A program made the position numbers and the translations under genes. The notes under the pieces are model-generated. The model was not told where the DNA came from, searched no databases, and saw only the letters and a list, made by a program, of their open reading frames with translations. From a virus, in the IMG/VR virus record IMGVR_UViG_3300025647_000026, positions 13,879 to 77,878 of that record: DNA of 64,000 nt. The stretch is one strand, 5' to 3'. Shown here piece after piece: positions 21,068 to 30,771 of this stretch; position 1 is the stretch's first letter; each line of letters begins with the position of its first letter.

Positions 21068-22089
21068 TTAAATTATCCTTACCTCTCTGCACTCGGTACA
21101 CTTTTTAGCGGGTTTGTGGTTTTTAGTCGTTCTGAACCACTTATGGTCGCACTCTTCATTGCTAGGGGCAATTGTAAAATTTGTCTTGTTTAAGCCATCG
21201 TCTATCCAATAAATATACTTGGCTTTAACTCCTTTGTAATCAGGAAAATCCTTTTTAAGTTGTTGTTTTAACGTAGCTGTATCGTAAAGTAATTTCATAA
21301 TGTCAGCAGAAAATCTTTCCCAATTCTCTACCGTAACTATATCGAACATCTCTTGTATTGTTGTTATTTTATGCGCTTCCATTTTTAATCTAAGTTAGCT
21401 TTATCTAATATCGTTCTAAGTTTTTTCTTGTCTATCTTTACCCTTAACTCAGGGTTATTTAAATAAAAATCTAAATTTTTCTTTGCTTTGGCTTCAAATA
21501 CCTTTGCGCTAGTCCCATTTAGTTCTATTACCATACTTTTAAATTAAACACCCGCACTTGCAGTATAAATGGATTACTGTAAGTGCAAGGTGTTTGTTTG
21601 CCCTGTACGAATACTGTGGGGCTTTTATCTTTAATGGCTAAATCGCCACTTCTTCGTAGTTCGTGTTGAAATTGTATTTTTTCAATGCTCTATCGCAAAG
21701 TTTTTTTATTGAATTTTTATGTAATCCACATACATTTTCACTTACCGTATTCCCTCTTGTGCCTTCTCTATAAGTTACCTTATATTTAGCTTCATTTTCG
21801 CAGTCATCCCAATAAGGTAACCCACAATTTGTTCTTTCAATTGACCTATCGCATTTCATATTTATAAATTTGTTAATCCATTAAAAAGAGGTGTTGCAAA
21901 ATATCCATTTTGGATAGAGCAAATACAATCCATTTTAAAAAACTTCCTTTGTAGTTTACTCATTGTAGCATAGTCGTATCCTAATATGTCTGATACTTTT
22001 TGCGCTTGCCTTGATGTTATTCTAATTGGAATAACAAAGTCATTTACGTTTTTTAAAAGATATTCAAAAGCTTCGTCTTGCATTGTCAT
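21068..22089 (-). other. Island of four small hypothetical genes
   Basis: ORFs 21068..21382, ~21386..21534, 21638..21859, 21862..22089; promoter 22106-22140. Confidence 0.65.
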
Positions 22090-22136
22090 AGTTTTTATTT
22101 TTTGACAAAAGTATTTCTAATCTCAAATATTCCTAA

Positions 22137-25100
22137 TTAAACTTTTTTAACCCAACTACAATCAATCGCTTTTATATCTCCACTAGCTAGTAATTTCTCT
22201 CTTATTTTGTCTAAGTTGGTGGTTATAGCTAGTATTGCATTAGCGTTTTCAGTTTCTTTAATTGTTTTGTCGGCTTCGTTTTTCCTTTTTCTATTGGAAA
22301 TAGCATCTCCTAGCTTTATCCTTTCCTTTTCTTCCGCAGCCAAAACTTTAGTTACCGCTTCTACTTCTGCGGTATTCAAGGCTTTTGTGGCTTTTTCTGT
22401 CGCTTTTTTTGATGATTTTTGCGAATTAGGCTTTCTTTGCCCATTATCTTGGTCAAAAACAAAACCCTCTGCCTCGTACAGTTTTTTAAGCCCTTCTTCT
22501 GTTGTTGCGTCATCTTGAGGCGCAATATCCAAAAATAAAGTAGCATTGTTTTCGTCAGCCCACTTAGTTACTTTTCTTAATAATTCTTTCGCTTTCCCTT
22601 TGCCTCTTTCTTTTGGGTCGGTATATAATAATTCTACCTTAACGCCATTTGTAACATTTTCAATGCTATTATCATTCTCTTCGTCCTCAACTTCTACTTC
22701 ATTAGGCTTAATGAATATACTAGCATCTTTTGTTTTGTTTTGAAGCACATCGCCCATTTCATCTCCGAATGGATTTACGTTGTCGCCCCATTGTCTTTCG
22801 CTGCTTTTAAACCCTAAGTCGGCTACTGCTTTATTGTAAAGTTTTTCGCCTTGCTCTTGTTGTTCCTCTACCTTAGTTCTAGGTATCTTTGGAAGTTTAT
22901 CAATCTCCACTTTAATATTGTCAGAATCCTCTTTCATCATCTGAACAATTGCTTTCTCCCCATCGCCTAGTTCTAACGAAAGCTTATCGTATCTTTTTTT
23001 CTTTTCTTCGCTAGTGCCTTCTATTCTTTTTCTTATCTCTTGTATTTTATCAAGCCTTTCGGTTATAAATTCTTGCTTGCTTTTATTTTTAAAAGGGCTT
23101 TTCTCTTCCTCCTTTGTCCCGTTTTTATCACTAAAAACTGGACTTTCGCTAGGCGGTGTTTCTTTGGCAGTAGGCTTCTCGGTGGTTTCACCTATGGGTG
23201 CTTTCTCGGTTAGGTTGGTTTCGGTTTTTTGTTCAAAAGATTCATTAAATGCTTGTTCTTCTTTACTCCCTTTTTCTAATATTTCAGTAGGTATGTTTTT
23301 TAACAAACTTGGCGAAACATCTTTATTCATAGCTAAAATCCATATATCTTCAGCAGATATTCTACCCTCATTATATGCTTTAATTACGCTACCGCTAGAA
23401 ACCGCTTTATCTATTATTGCTTTTTGCTTTGCAATATTTGAACTTCTTGAAGGTAAATTCATCCAATCTTCTTTAGGATTACCTTTTAAGTCTTTATCTC
23501 CTTTATATAATATAGAATCTGTATAGCCCTTTTCCTTTTGTAAAGCTATCTCTTTACTTTTATCTTCTGTTGGTAAGGTGGTGGGTTTGTTTTCTGCTAC
23601 TACTTCTATTGGTTTAGTAGTTTCTTTAGGCTTATATTCTTTTGGTAAAATAAAATCAGAATCTTCCAATTTTACAATATTTTCATACAAATTTTTACCT
23701 TCTTGAATAGCTTTTTTAATCAACAATTCATCAATATTGTCTGGAAGATTTCCGTTATCCTCTATCGTAGCATAACTCATTCCAGACCTGTTTGATTTTC
23801 CGTCAAGAACTGTTTCGGGATTACTCATTCTTAATCCAAGAACTCTGTATTTTTTACCTTTTTTTTCTATAATTTTAATAAAAGATTCGCCTGAATTTTC
23901 TCCACTTTCATTTCTTGGGTCAAAAGCCTCTTTATATTGAATAGAATCTTTGGTTATTCCTGCTCGTGTTTTATTGCTTACAGTCCATCCGTCACTAAGT
24001 CCTGATACTATTATTTTGTTTTCTAAAGCTACTTCTTCTTCACGCAGTTGTTCACTACTTTTCCCGACTTCATTTTGTTGTTCGTTATTTGTTATGTTAA
24101 TAGGTGTCTGTACTTCACTACTAATATTGCTGCTTGGTGTAGGAGGGGTTTTAGTTTCTTCAGGTGTTTCAATTATTGTTTCTTGATTTATGTCAGCTTC
24201 TTGTTTAGCTTGTTCTACTAAAAGTTTATGTTCTTTTTCTGTTTCTTTTATTTGACTATCTATCGCAATAATAGCTTCACTATTATCTGCACTAGATAGG
24301 TCGTTTTTTGCTTGTTCTAGTTCGTCTAATTCGCTATTTTTGGCTTCTATTAGCTGTACTGTTTCTTTGTTTGCAAATTCGCCTATTTTATTTTGTTCTT
24401 CAGCTATTTTATCCGCTTCTGTATGTAGCTTTTCTGCTTGTTTTTCTAAAGCATTACTCACTACTTGGCTTTGAGAGTCTAATGATTGATTCATTAAATC
24501 ATCTGCCTTAGTTTTTAGTTCTTGATGTTTTGCAGCTTGTTTCTTTTCAATATAATGATTTAAAGTTGTTGTTGCACCTCCTTGACCTCCTCCTGCAAAT
24601 AAAGATATAATAGCAGCATCTCCAACTCCATCAAATAACCCAACATTTTTTTTATCAAGTATATATTTATCAACTACATTTGAACCTATTTGATTAACTA
24701 CCTCTCCTCCAATTTCTTCTGCTGTGTTTTTACCTAATTTACTAGTAAGTGTTTTCTTTAAAGCAGCTTCTATTGCTTCTTTAGCCATTCTTTCGGCTGT
24801 TTCCTTTCCAAACTTAGCTATTAATTCCCTTGAGGCTTTACCTGCTCCAAACATTCTTTCTGTTATAACCTCTAAACCTGCTTTTATAACACCTGCTGCC
24901 AAATCATTTGCATTTGCGCTGCCTTTTTCTGCTATTGCTTCGTCTAGTTGACTGCCAACTGTACCTCCAGAAATTGCTGTTGCTGTGTATGGGTTTAAAA
25001 ATAATGCGCTTGTTGGGATACTACCTATAAACCCTTTGAACCCATAATCTGCCGCTTGTGCTATTTTGCCATCTTTTAAAGACTCCCATGCACTACCGCC

Positions 25101-25946
25101 ATTTTCTAGTCCAATATTTTTTATTTCAGATTTTTCGTTTGCTGCTTTTATTAAATCTTTTCCTGTTTGAGCGATAATATCTGAAGGCTGTTTAAATCCG
25201 CCTTTACTTTCTTCTAAAAATTTAGCATAAGCAGCTTCTGATTCTTTAGATGGTGCTAATCCAACAGATGCCCATAAATCTTTTTTAATAATATTAATTG
25301 ATTCATCTAGCGATGTAGCACTTCTTGCTAACATTCCTAATGCTTGTTGCCCACCTATTAGTAAGTTATTTGAAATAGTATTTGGTTGGTCTATTTGCGC
25401 TTGTTGTTTTTGAGCATCTATACCTTTGTTTAAAACCTCAATTTTCTTTTGGTCTTGGTCTATTTGCGTTAGAATATTACGCATACCCTGCTCATCCCCT
25501 TGTTGTTTAAATTGGTCTGCAAGCAAAAGATTTTCAGAAGTTCTTTTTTGAATATTATTTAAAGTGTTGGTATAAAGTCCTATTCTTTCTACTGGTTTCT
25601 TCTCTATTATTGGCTTAACTGTCGGTATCTCCGATTTTAAGTTCGATTTTAATGGAGATTGCGAAACTTCTTCTGCACCACTTGGTAATGGCTTTGTATA
25701 GTCTTCCACACTTGTTGAAAAAGTTGGTTGTGAACCATTCTTTTTTTTTTCGCCATATAAAGGTTTTGCATTTGGCATATCCTTTATAAAATCATTTACT
25801 TCGTTTACGGGGATATCAAAAGTATCTTTATCTAAAACAAAAGATTTTACCTCTACAGCTTTTGGCATATCTTTTAAAAAAGAACCTGCTTCATTTTCTT
25901 CTATGTCGTAAAGGTCTTCACCTACTTTATATGTTTTTTTTGGCAT
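22137..25946 (-). CDS. Large ejection/polyvalent protein with C-terminal GNAT acetyltransferase domain
   Basis: G/A-rich membrane-active middle region; LYTDPKERGKGKAKELL...ADENNATLFL...LKKLYEAEGF GNAT motifs A/B. Confidence 0.75.
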   Translation of the reverse strand: MPKKTYKVGEDLYDIEENEAGSFLKDMPKAVEVKSFVLDKDTFDIPVNEVNDFIKDMPNAKPLYGEKKKNGSQPTFSTSVEDYTKPLPSGAEEVSQSPLKSNLKSEIPTVKPIIEKKPVERIGLYTNTLNNIQKRTSENLLLADQFKQQGDEQGMRNILTQIDQDQKKIEVLNKGIDAQKQQAQIDQPNTISNNLLIGGQQALGMLARSATSLDESINIIKKDLWASVGLAPSKESEAAYAKFLEESKGGFKQPSDIIAQTGKDLIKAANEKSEIKNIGLENGGSAWESLKDGKIAQAADYGFKGFIGSIPTSALFLNPYTATAISGGTVGSQLDEAIAEKGSANANDLAAGVIKAGLEVITERMFGAGKASRELIAKFGKETAERMAKEAIEAALKKTLTSKLGKNTAEEIGGEVVNQIGSNVVDKYILDKKNVGLFDGVGDAAIISLFAGGGQGGATTTLNHYIEKKQAAKHQELKTKADDLMNQSLDSQSQVVSNALEKQAEKLHTEADKIAEEQNKIGEFANKETVQLIEAKNSELDELEQAKNDLSSADNSEAIIAIDSQIKETEKEHKLLVEQAKQEADINQETIIETPEETKTPPTPSSNISSEVQTPINITNNEQQNEVGKSSEQLREEEVALENKIIVSGLSDGWTVSNKTRAGITKDSIQYKEAFDPRNESGENSGESFIKIIEKKGKKYRVLGLRMSNPETVLDGKSNRSGMSYATIEDNGNLPDNIDELLIKKAIQEGKNLYENIVKLEDSDFILPKEYKPKETTKPIEVVAENKPTTLPTEDKSKEIALQKEKGYTDSILYKGDKDLKGNPKEDWMNLPSRSSNIAKQKAIIDKAVSSGSVIKAYNEGRISAEDIWILAMNKDVSPSLLKNIPTEILEKGSKEEQAFNESFEQKTETNLTEKAPIGETTEKPTAKETPPSESPVFSDKNGTKEEEKSPFKNKSKQEFITERLDKIQEIRKRIEGTSEEKKKRYDKLSLELGDGEKAIVQMMKEDSDNIKVEIDKLPKIPRTKVEEQQEQGEKLYNKAVADLGFKSSERQWGDNVNPFGDEMGDVLQNKTKDASIFIKPNEVEVEDEENDNSIENVTNGVKVELLYTDPKERGKGKAKELLRKVTKWADENNATLFLDIAPQDDATTEEGLKKLYEAEGFVFDQDNGQRKPNSQKSSKKATEKATKALNTAEVEAVTKVLAAEEKERIKLGDAISNRKRKNEADKTIKETENANAILAITTNLDKIREKLLASGDIKAIDCSWVKKV

Positions 25947-25951
25947 AATAA

Positions 25952-27301
25952 TTATTTCCTTTTGTTTTTACTCCAATCCTTCTTTTCAGTAGTAGTTTCT
26001 GGTTTCTGATAAGGATGAAATCCTGATACATATTTTTTGTTTTCAGATGTTTTTAACATCTTATCCACTAATTCATTCCCAAAAAATGATTGCATTGATT
26101 TTGTGTCTGCTTTATGCTTCACCTTGTCTTCTCCAACTACTTCCCACATTCCATCACCCAAGTAATTACTTTTAGTGGGTAATATTCTAATAGCTTCAGG
26201 AGGTGGTTGTCTAAATTTACCGCTTCCTTCTGCATCACCTCCTGTAACACTTGTTAAAAGTGCCTCTTGTAGGTCAGGGATAATAGTCATATTTTGTTCA
26301 GTAATTCCGCTTGTTGCACCTGTATTTAATAACCAGCTTCCGTCTGCTTGTCTTATTCCTGTGAATCCACTTCCTTTTATTGGAATTATATCTCCGTTTG
26401 AATTTACTCTATATTTACTTTCGTCACCACTTGCTTTAGGTACGTCTTTAATGTCTACTTGCTTCCAAAACGTAGGCTCTAGTTCTTTTTTTACTGCATT
26501 TTTAATTGCAAGTAAGTGAGCAGCAACAACAGCATCAGGGTTATTTGCATCTACTTTTGCAAGTTCGGCAGGTAATTCGGCAGCTACTTTTTCTTTGTTT
26601 TTGTGTAAATAATTTTGTGCAAAATCTGGATTGTTAAATAATGAATTAATTTTCATATCAACAACTTCGGGGGCTATTCTTAATGCTGAATGCAAATGTC
26701 CATTTTCATCTTTGTATGATTTACTTGTAGTTTTATCTAACTTAACATCACTACCAAATACTAAATTCTTTTTGTACTCGGCATTTAAATCAACATCAGG
26801 AACAACGTGCTTAACAACAGGTCTGTCAGATACTTTATCCCAAGTTATATTACTATCAGGTATTTCTGCTAATTTCTTTAACTTAGTAAAATCATCGTTT
26901 TTTAATGCGGTTCTTTCTTCTTCTGTTAAAAGTATCTTATCAGCACTTTCTTTTAATTTATTAAAATCGTTACTATATTGCACCTCCCTATTCATTTTTT
27001 GCTGCCCTAACATTGCGCCCATTTGGGTTTTAAATTCGCCTGATTGCAATCCTTCAATAGTTATTTTTTGTATTCTGTCAGCTCCAATTTTATCAACATT
27101 TGCAGGAGGTTTAATAATATTTGCATATTCTTTTTCTACCTTAGCTTTTTCAGCAGCTAGTTTAGCTTCATCAGCTTTAGCTTTTAATCCTAAAGTTAAT
27201 TCTTGTTGTGCTGCCCTTGTAAAAGGTTTGTCACTTATAGGTTTTAAGTTAGTGCTTTCGCCTAATATTCCTGCAAGTCCTAGTGTTACGTCTTCTGCCA
27301 T
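25952..27301 (-). CDS. Putative internal virion/ejection protein
   Basis: Between pilot-like and large ejection genes. Confidence 0.55.
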   Translation of the reverse strand: MAEDVTLGLAGILGESTNLKPISDKPFTRAAQQELTLGLKAKADEAKLAAEKAKVEKEYANIIKPPANVDKIGADRIQKITIEGLQSGEFKTQMGAMLGQQKMNREVQYSNDFNKLKESADKILLTEEERTALKNDDFTKLKKLAEIPDSNITWDKVSDRPVVKHVVPDVDLNAEYKKNLVFGSDVKLDKTTSKSYKDENGHLHSALRIAPEVVDMKINSLFNNPDFAQNYLHKNKEKVAAELPAELAKVDANNPDAVVAAHLLAIKNAVKKELEPTFWKQVDIKDVPKASGDESKYRVNSNGDIIPIKGSGFTGIRQADGSWLLNTGATSGITEQNMTIIPDLQEALLTSVTGGDAEGSGKFRQPPPEAIRILPTKSNYLGDGMWEVVGEDKVKHKADTKSMQSFFGNELVDKMLKTSENKKYVSGFHPYQKPETTTEKKDWSKNKRK

Positions 27302-27308
27302 AATTTAA

Positions 27309-28082
27309 TTAACCTCCGTATTTATTTATAAGGTCTGAATCTCCGTATTCATCACCCATATTTCCACCTGTTCCGTAATTAGGAATTGGGGCTGTGTAGG
27401 TTGCATTTCTAAATCTATTAGGTAAATTCATTCTGCTTCCTGTACTTAAATATGTTTTGCCTAAGCTACCACCTAAACCAGTTGTTGTCGTAGGTAATTT
27501 CGGTGTTAATCCTGCTCCTAGTAAATCTCCGCCCATATTCATCATCGAGCCTTGCCATTGGTCACGATTACTTTTTATAGCGTTGCCTAATGCTTGTTCG
27601 GTTTGTTGTCTTCTATTTTGTAAGTAAGCAGTATTTTGGTTTTTCATGCCTTGAATTTGCCCTACTATGTTGCTTAATCTACTTTGAGCAATATTTCTTT
27701 GCCCTCTGTTTAAGTTAGCATCAGATGCAGCAAAGTCAGCGTTAGAATTAAAAGCGTTAGCACTACCCATTGCACCAATTGCTCTTGAAACTCCTCCTCC
27801 ACCCATGTTTTGAGCGTTGCCTTGTTGAGTAGCAAGTATTTGTGATAGTCTATTTTGGAATTTAGAAGTTTCTGCTCCACTATACCCTTGTGGGCTAGCT
27901 ACTCCAGCAGTTGCCATCCTAAATTGTTCGTTAGTTTGCTCTGTTGGTTTATATTCAGGAAGTGGTTGTCCTGCTAATTGTGCAGCTTGTGACTCGGCTT
28001 CCTTTTGGCGTTGGTAAGACGCAAGTGCTGATAAACCTTGCATAGCCATTCCTGCTATCGGTATAATTAATGGTAAAGCCAT
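27309..28082 (-). CDS. DNA pilot/ejection protein; start likely 28082 (MALPLII)
   Basis: Hydrophobic Gly/Ala N-terminus then Q/N/A-rich helices; promoter TATATTTG 28107-28114. Confidence 0.65.
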   Translation of the reverse strand: MALPLIIPIAGMAMQGLSALASYQRQKEAESQAAQLAGQPLPEYKPTEQTNEQFRMATAGVASPQGYSGAETSKFQNRLSQILATQQGNAQNMGGGGVSRAIGAMGSANAFNSNADFAASDANLNRGQRNIAQSRLSNIVGQIQGMKNQNTAYLQNRRQQTEQALGNAIKSNRDQWQGSMMNMGGDLLGAGLTPKLPTTTTGLGGSLGKTYLSTGSRMNLPNRFRNATYTAPIPNYGTGGNMGDEYGDSDLINKYGG

Positions 28083-28140
28083 AATATTAAATCTAATTTT
28101 AAGGTACAAATATAACATATTAGTTTTAAATTACATTAAT

Positions 28141-28929
28141 TTAATGGTTTAAAATTCCCTTCAATTCATTGTATTTTGATTGATAAGCGTAATGGGCATC
28201 TATTTCATTTTCAAAAGTTCCTAAAAACATATATTTTTTGTTTTTAACTATTTGAGCTTGAAATTTTCCATTTTTTCTTTTATGAACTCCTTTGTAAGTA
28301 GAAGAAACTACATACGGATTTGCAACTATATCTTCAACTTTCCCTTCTTGAATATATTTAAGAGCCTTTTTATAGGCAAGACCAGCTTCTTTTTCGTCAA
28401 TAAACGTACCTAAATATATTTGTTTTTTAGTTCCATTTTTAATTCGAGAAGTCCATTTTTTTATATTTTTATTACAAACCATTGTAACACCAGTATAATT
28501 ACTTGTGTTATTAATTCTGTCTTTGCTTGAGTTTTCTCTGTTAGATATTAACTGCAAATTTGATAATTTATTATTTAGCTTATTGTTATCAATATGGTCA
28601 ACAACTATTTTAAATTTATTTGGAATATGACCTAAATATGTTATTGCTATAATTTGATGATAAGTTAAATTTCTTTTAATATTCCCTATTTTTATAGATG
28701 TGTTTAAATAACCAGTATCAAAAATACTGCCTTTAATTTTTTTAGCTGGTAAAATTCTTTCAATACTATTTATGTTAATTTCTTTTACTTTTATTCTTAC
28801 AATATTACCATTTTTACTTACTATATAATTATTATTTAAAGGAAATCTTTTCCAAGTTTCACCATTAAAATCAAACTCCATTTCAACTGGAGTTTGATTT
28901 ACAATAAAATCTAATTCATCAAAGTTCAT
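28141..28929 (-). mobile_element. Free-standing homing endonuclease (NUMOD4-HNH-AP2x2)
   Basis: ETWK...YIVSKNGNI NUMOD4; HQIIA...VDHIDNNKLNNKLSNLQ HNH; two S-x-Y-x-GV...LGTF-x-x-E-x-x-A AP2 repeats. Confidence 0.85.
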
Positions 28930-28931
28930 TA

Positions 28932-29114
28932 CTAAAATCCAAAATATTTGTTTAGCCCTAATTCTCCTACTGTACCTCTAAACCATGCTTTTAAAGTTTC
29001 TAATGAGTCTGCTTCTTCTATAGCATCTTTTGTTTCAAGTGCTAGTTGAGTAAATTCTCTGCTTCTTAAAGCTATTTCTAGTGATGTTCTTTTTAATTCT
29101 TCTATATTTTCCAT
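28932..29114 (-). CDS. Hypothetical protein
   Basis: Leaderless-type promoter TACATTTG 29119-29126. Confidence 0.6.
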   Translation of the reverse strand: MENIEELKRTSLEIALRSREFTQLALETKDAIEEADSLETLKAWFRGTVGELGLNKYFGF

Positions 29115-29160
29115 AGTACAAATGTATTTAGTTAGAACCGAATTATCTAGTTAAATGTTT

Positions 29161-29613
29161 TTAATAGGCTCGTACTTCACTTTCACAGAAGTTTTTGAAT
29201 GGTTTCGGGAGGGTAGGTATGTTTTCCATAGCCCATTTAAGGTAGTTGTGAGGCACTTCTCCAATCGCATCTCCTTTGTATTTCCCAAAAGGTATTTTAT
29301 ATGCTCGGTTTATTTTTATTGGTGGTTGCTTTTTAGGTTTTGCTTTTGGCTTTGATACCTTTTTTCTTTCTAAAGTATAGTGTGCGCTTCTTTTTGGATT
29401 GCTAGTTACTATTGTTAGTGCATGATTTATTCTATCGTCTTCTTTTTTAAATACAAGTATTTCAGTTGTGATTAAATTTCTTAGTTTTAAGCTGTTTCTA
29501 TAAATCTCAACTATTCCATTTACTCGGTAGGCGTGTTCGTATTCAACTATTTCGCAGCCTTCTTGTTCCATTATAATTATAATAGTTGGCTTTTCGTAAT
29601 CTTTGTAGTCCAT
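29161..29613 (-). CDS. Protein with C-terminal DUF3820-like motif
   Basis: IPFGKYKG...VP-x-x-YLKW motif; likely ATG at 29613. Confidence 0.65.
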   Translation of the reverse strand: MDYKDYEKPTIIIIMEQEGCEIVEYEHAYRVNGIVEIYRNSLKLRNLITTEILVFKKEDDRINHALTIVTSNPKRSAHYTLERKKVSKPKAKPKKQPPIKINRAYKIPFGKYKGDAIGEVPHNYLKWAMENIPTLPKPFKNFCESEVRAY

Positions 29614-29648
29614 TGGTTTTATTGGGTTTGTAAATTTTTGAGTACTAT

Positions 29649-30543
29649 TTATAACATAAATATAACAGCTTCTTTCTTTAGAGGTTTGAGGTTGACTGAG
29701 TATCTGAAACACTCTTTATTATAGAGGTTGCCAAATTTATCGTAGAAATGCTTGTTTGGGTTGAACTTTTTATATTTAACCATTCTTACTGCATCTCTCT
29801 CTTTAGAAAGTACTCCGTTTGATTCTAGTAATTTAAGTCTTTTTTCTAACAGTATTAGTTGATTTAACTCCTAATAGTTCTGCTATTCTTGTTTGACTGA
29901 TACTTTGTGATTTTGCTATTGCTTTTCCCTCATGCGATTGTTTGTAAGCAGCTACTGCTATGCTTACTAATTTGATTCCACCTATAATATTATCAATTTC
30001 TTGTTCTTTATTGATTATACTATCGTCTGCGTAGATTCTCTCTCTTATGTTTTTAAATTCTCCGTTTTGGGCTAGTTCGCTAACTAATTCTTTAGCTTTA
30101 TTCTTTACTGAATCTTTTTTAAATATTTTCTTTGCTGATTTTTTAGCTTTATATTTTTGTCTTTTTAATTGTGTTAATAACTTTATTTTAGCCATTTCTA
30201 GCTTTAATTGAGTAGGGTCTATTTTAACTTTGGTTATTTGTTGGTAATGAGCAGCAGTATGTTTTCTATCTTTATTTATTATTGGGTTACGCCAAATAGA
30301 TACTAATACTAATTTATTTTTTTCTAATCTTACAAAACCGTTTTCTTGTAGTAAATTAACGTGTTTGCGTAGGCTGCTTTCGCTTATCTTTAAGTCTATG
30401 GCTATTTGCTTGTACTTAGTAGAAATATGCTTATAATGACCACTTTTATTGTGTAGCTTTAACTTGAAATATGTTTTCATACTTGGGCTGTAATTTAATT
30501 CAGCTATAAGTTGTACTGGTATTTTAAGTTTAGTTTTTTGCAT
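29649..30543 (-). CDS. Double winged-HTH DNA-binding protein, frameshifted in A6 run at 29840-29845
   Basis: HTH1 QIAIDLKISESSLRKHVNLLQENGFV; removing one A completes HTH2 SQTRIAELLGVKSTNTVRKRLKLLESNGVL. Confidence 0.65.
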
Positions 30544-30645
30544 AAAAAAAAGCCCCAAGAAATAGAGTCTCGGAGCTTTTTTTTTAAATATAAATATACA
30601 AAAAAAATTCAATTAAAATTAAGACTCTATTCCCTAATTGTTCTA
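30544..30645 (-). promoter_or_regulatory. Attenuator-like 5' leader
   Basis: Terminator hairpin + U8 abutting ATG 30543; 10-nt complement at 30622-30631; promoter 30646-30653. Confidence 0.5.
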
Positions 30646-30685
30646 CAAATATAAAACAATTATTTTAGAATCCAAATTTATTTTT

Positions 30686-30771
30686 AAAATAAATCCCTCG
30701 AAGTAAATCGAGGGATTATATTACAAAACAAATTATCAGGAATAGATTATGAGAACTACTCCTTCAACACA
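30686..30771 (-). ncRNA. Candidate ~85-nt sRNA
   Basis: Full promoter (30776-30811), no ORF, terminator stem 30692-30717 plus U-rich tail. Confidence 0.55.

Noticed and set aside
21547-21596. Long hairpin aaacacccgcacttgcagta/tactgtaagtgcaaggtgttt
   Set aside because: No AAC/GTT boxes or ribozyme core; adequately explained as a terminator or RNase III-type stem.
15627-27308. Numerous + strand ORFs opposite the large ejection genes
   Set aside because: Shadow ORFs (Ser/Leu/Phe-rich) antisense to long, well-supported genes.
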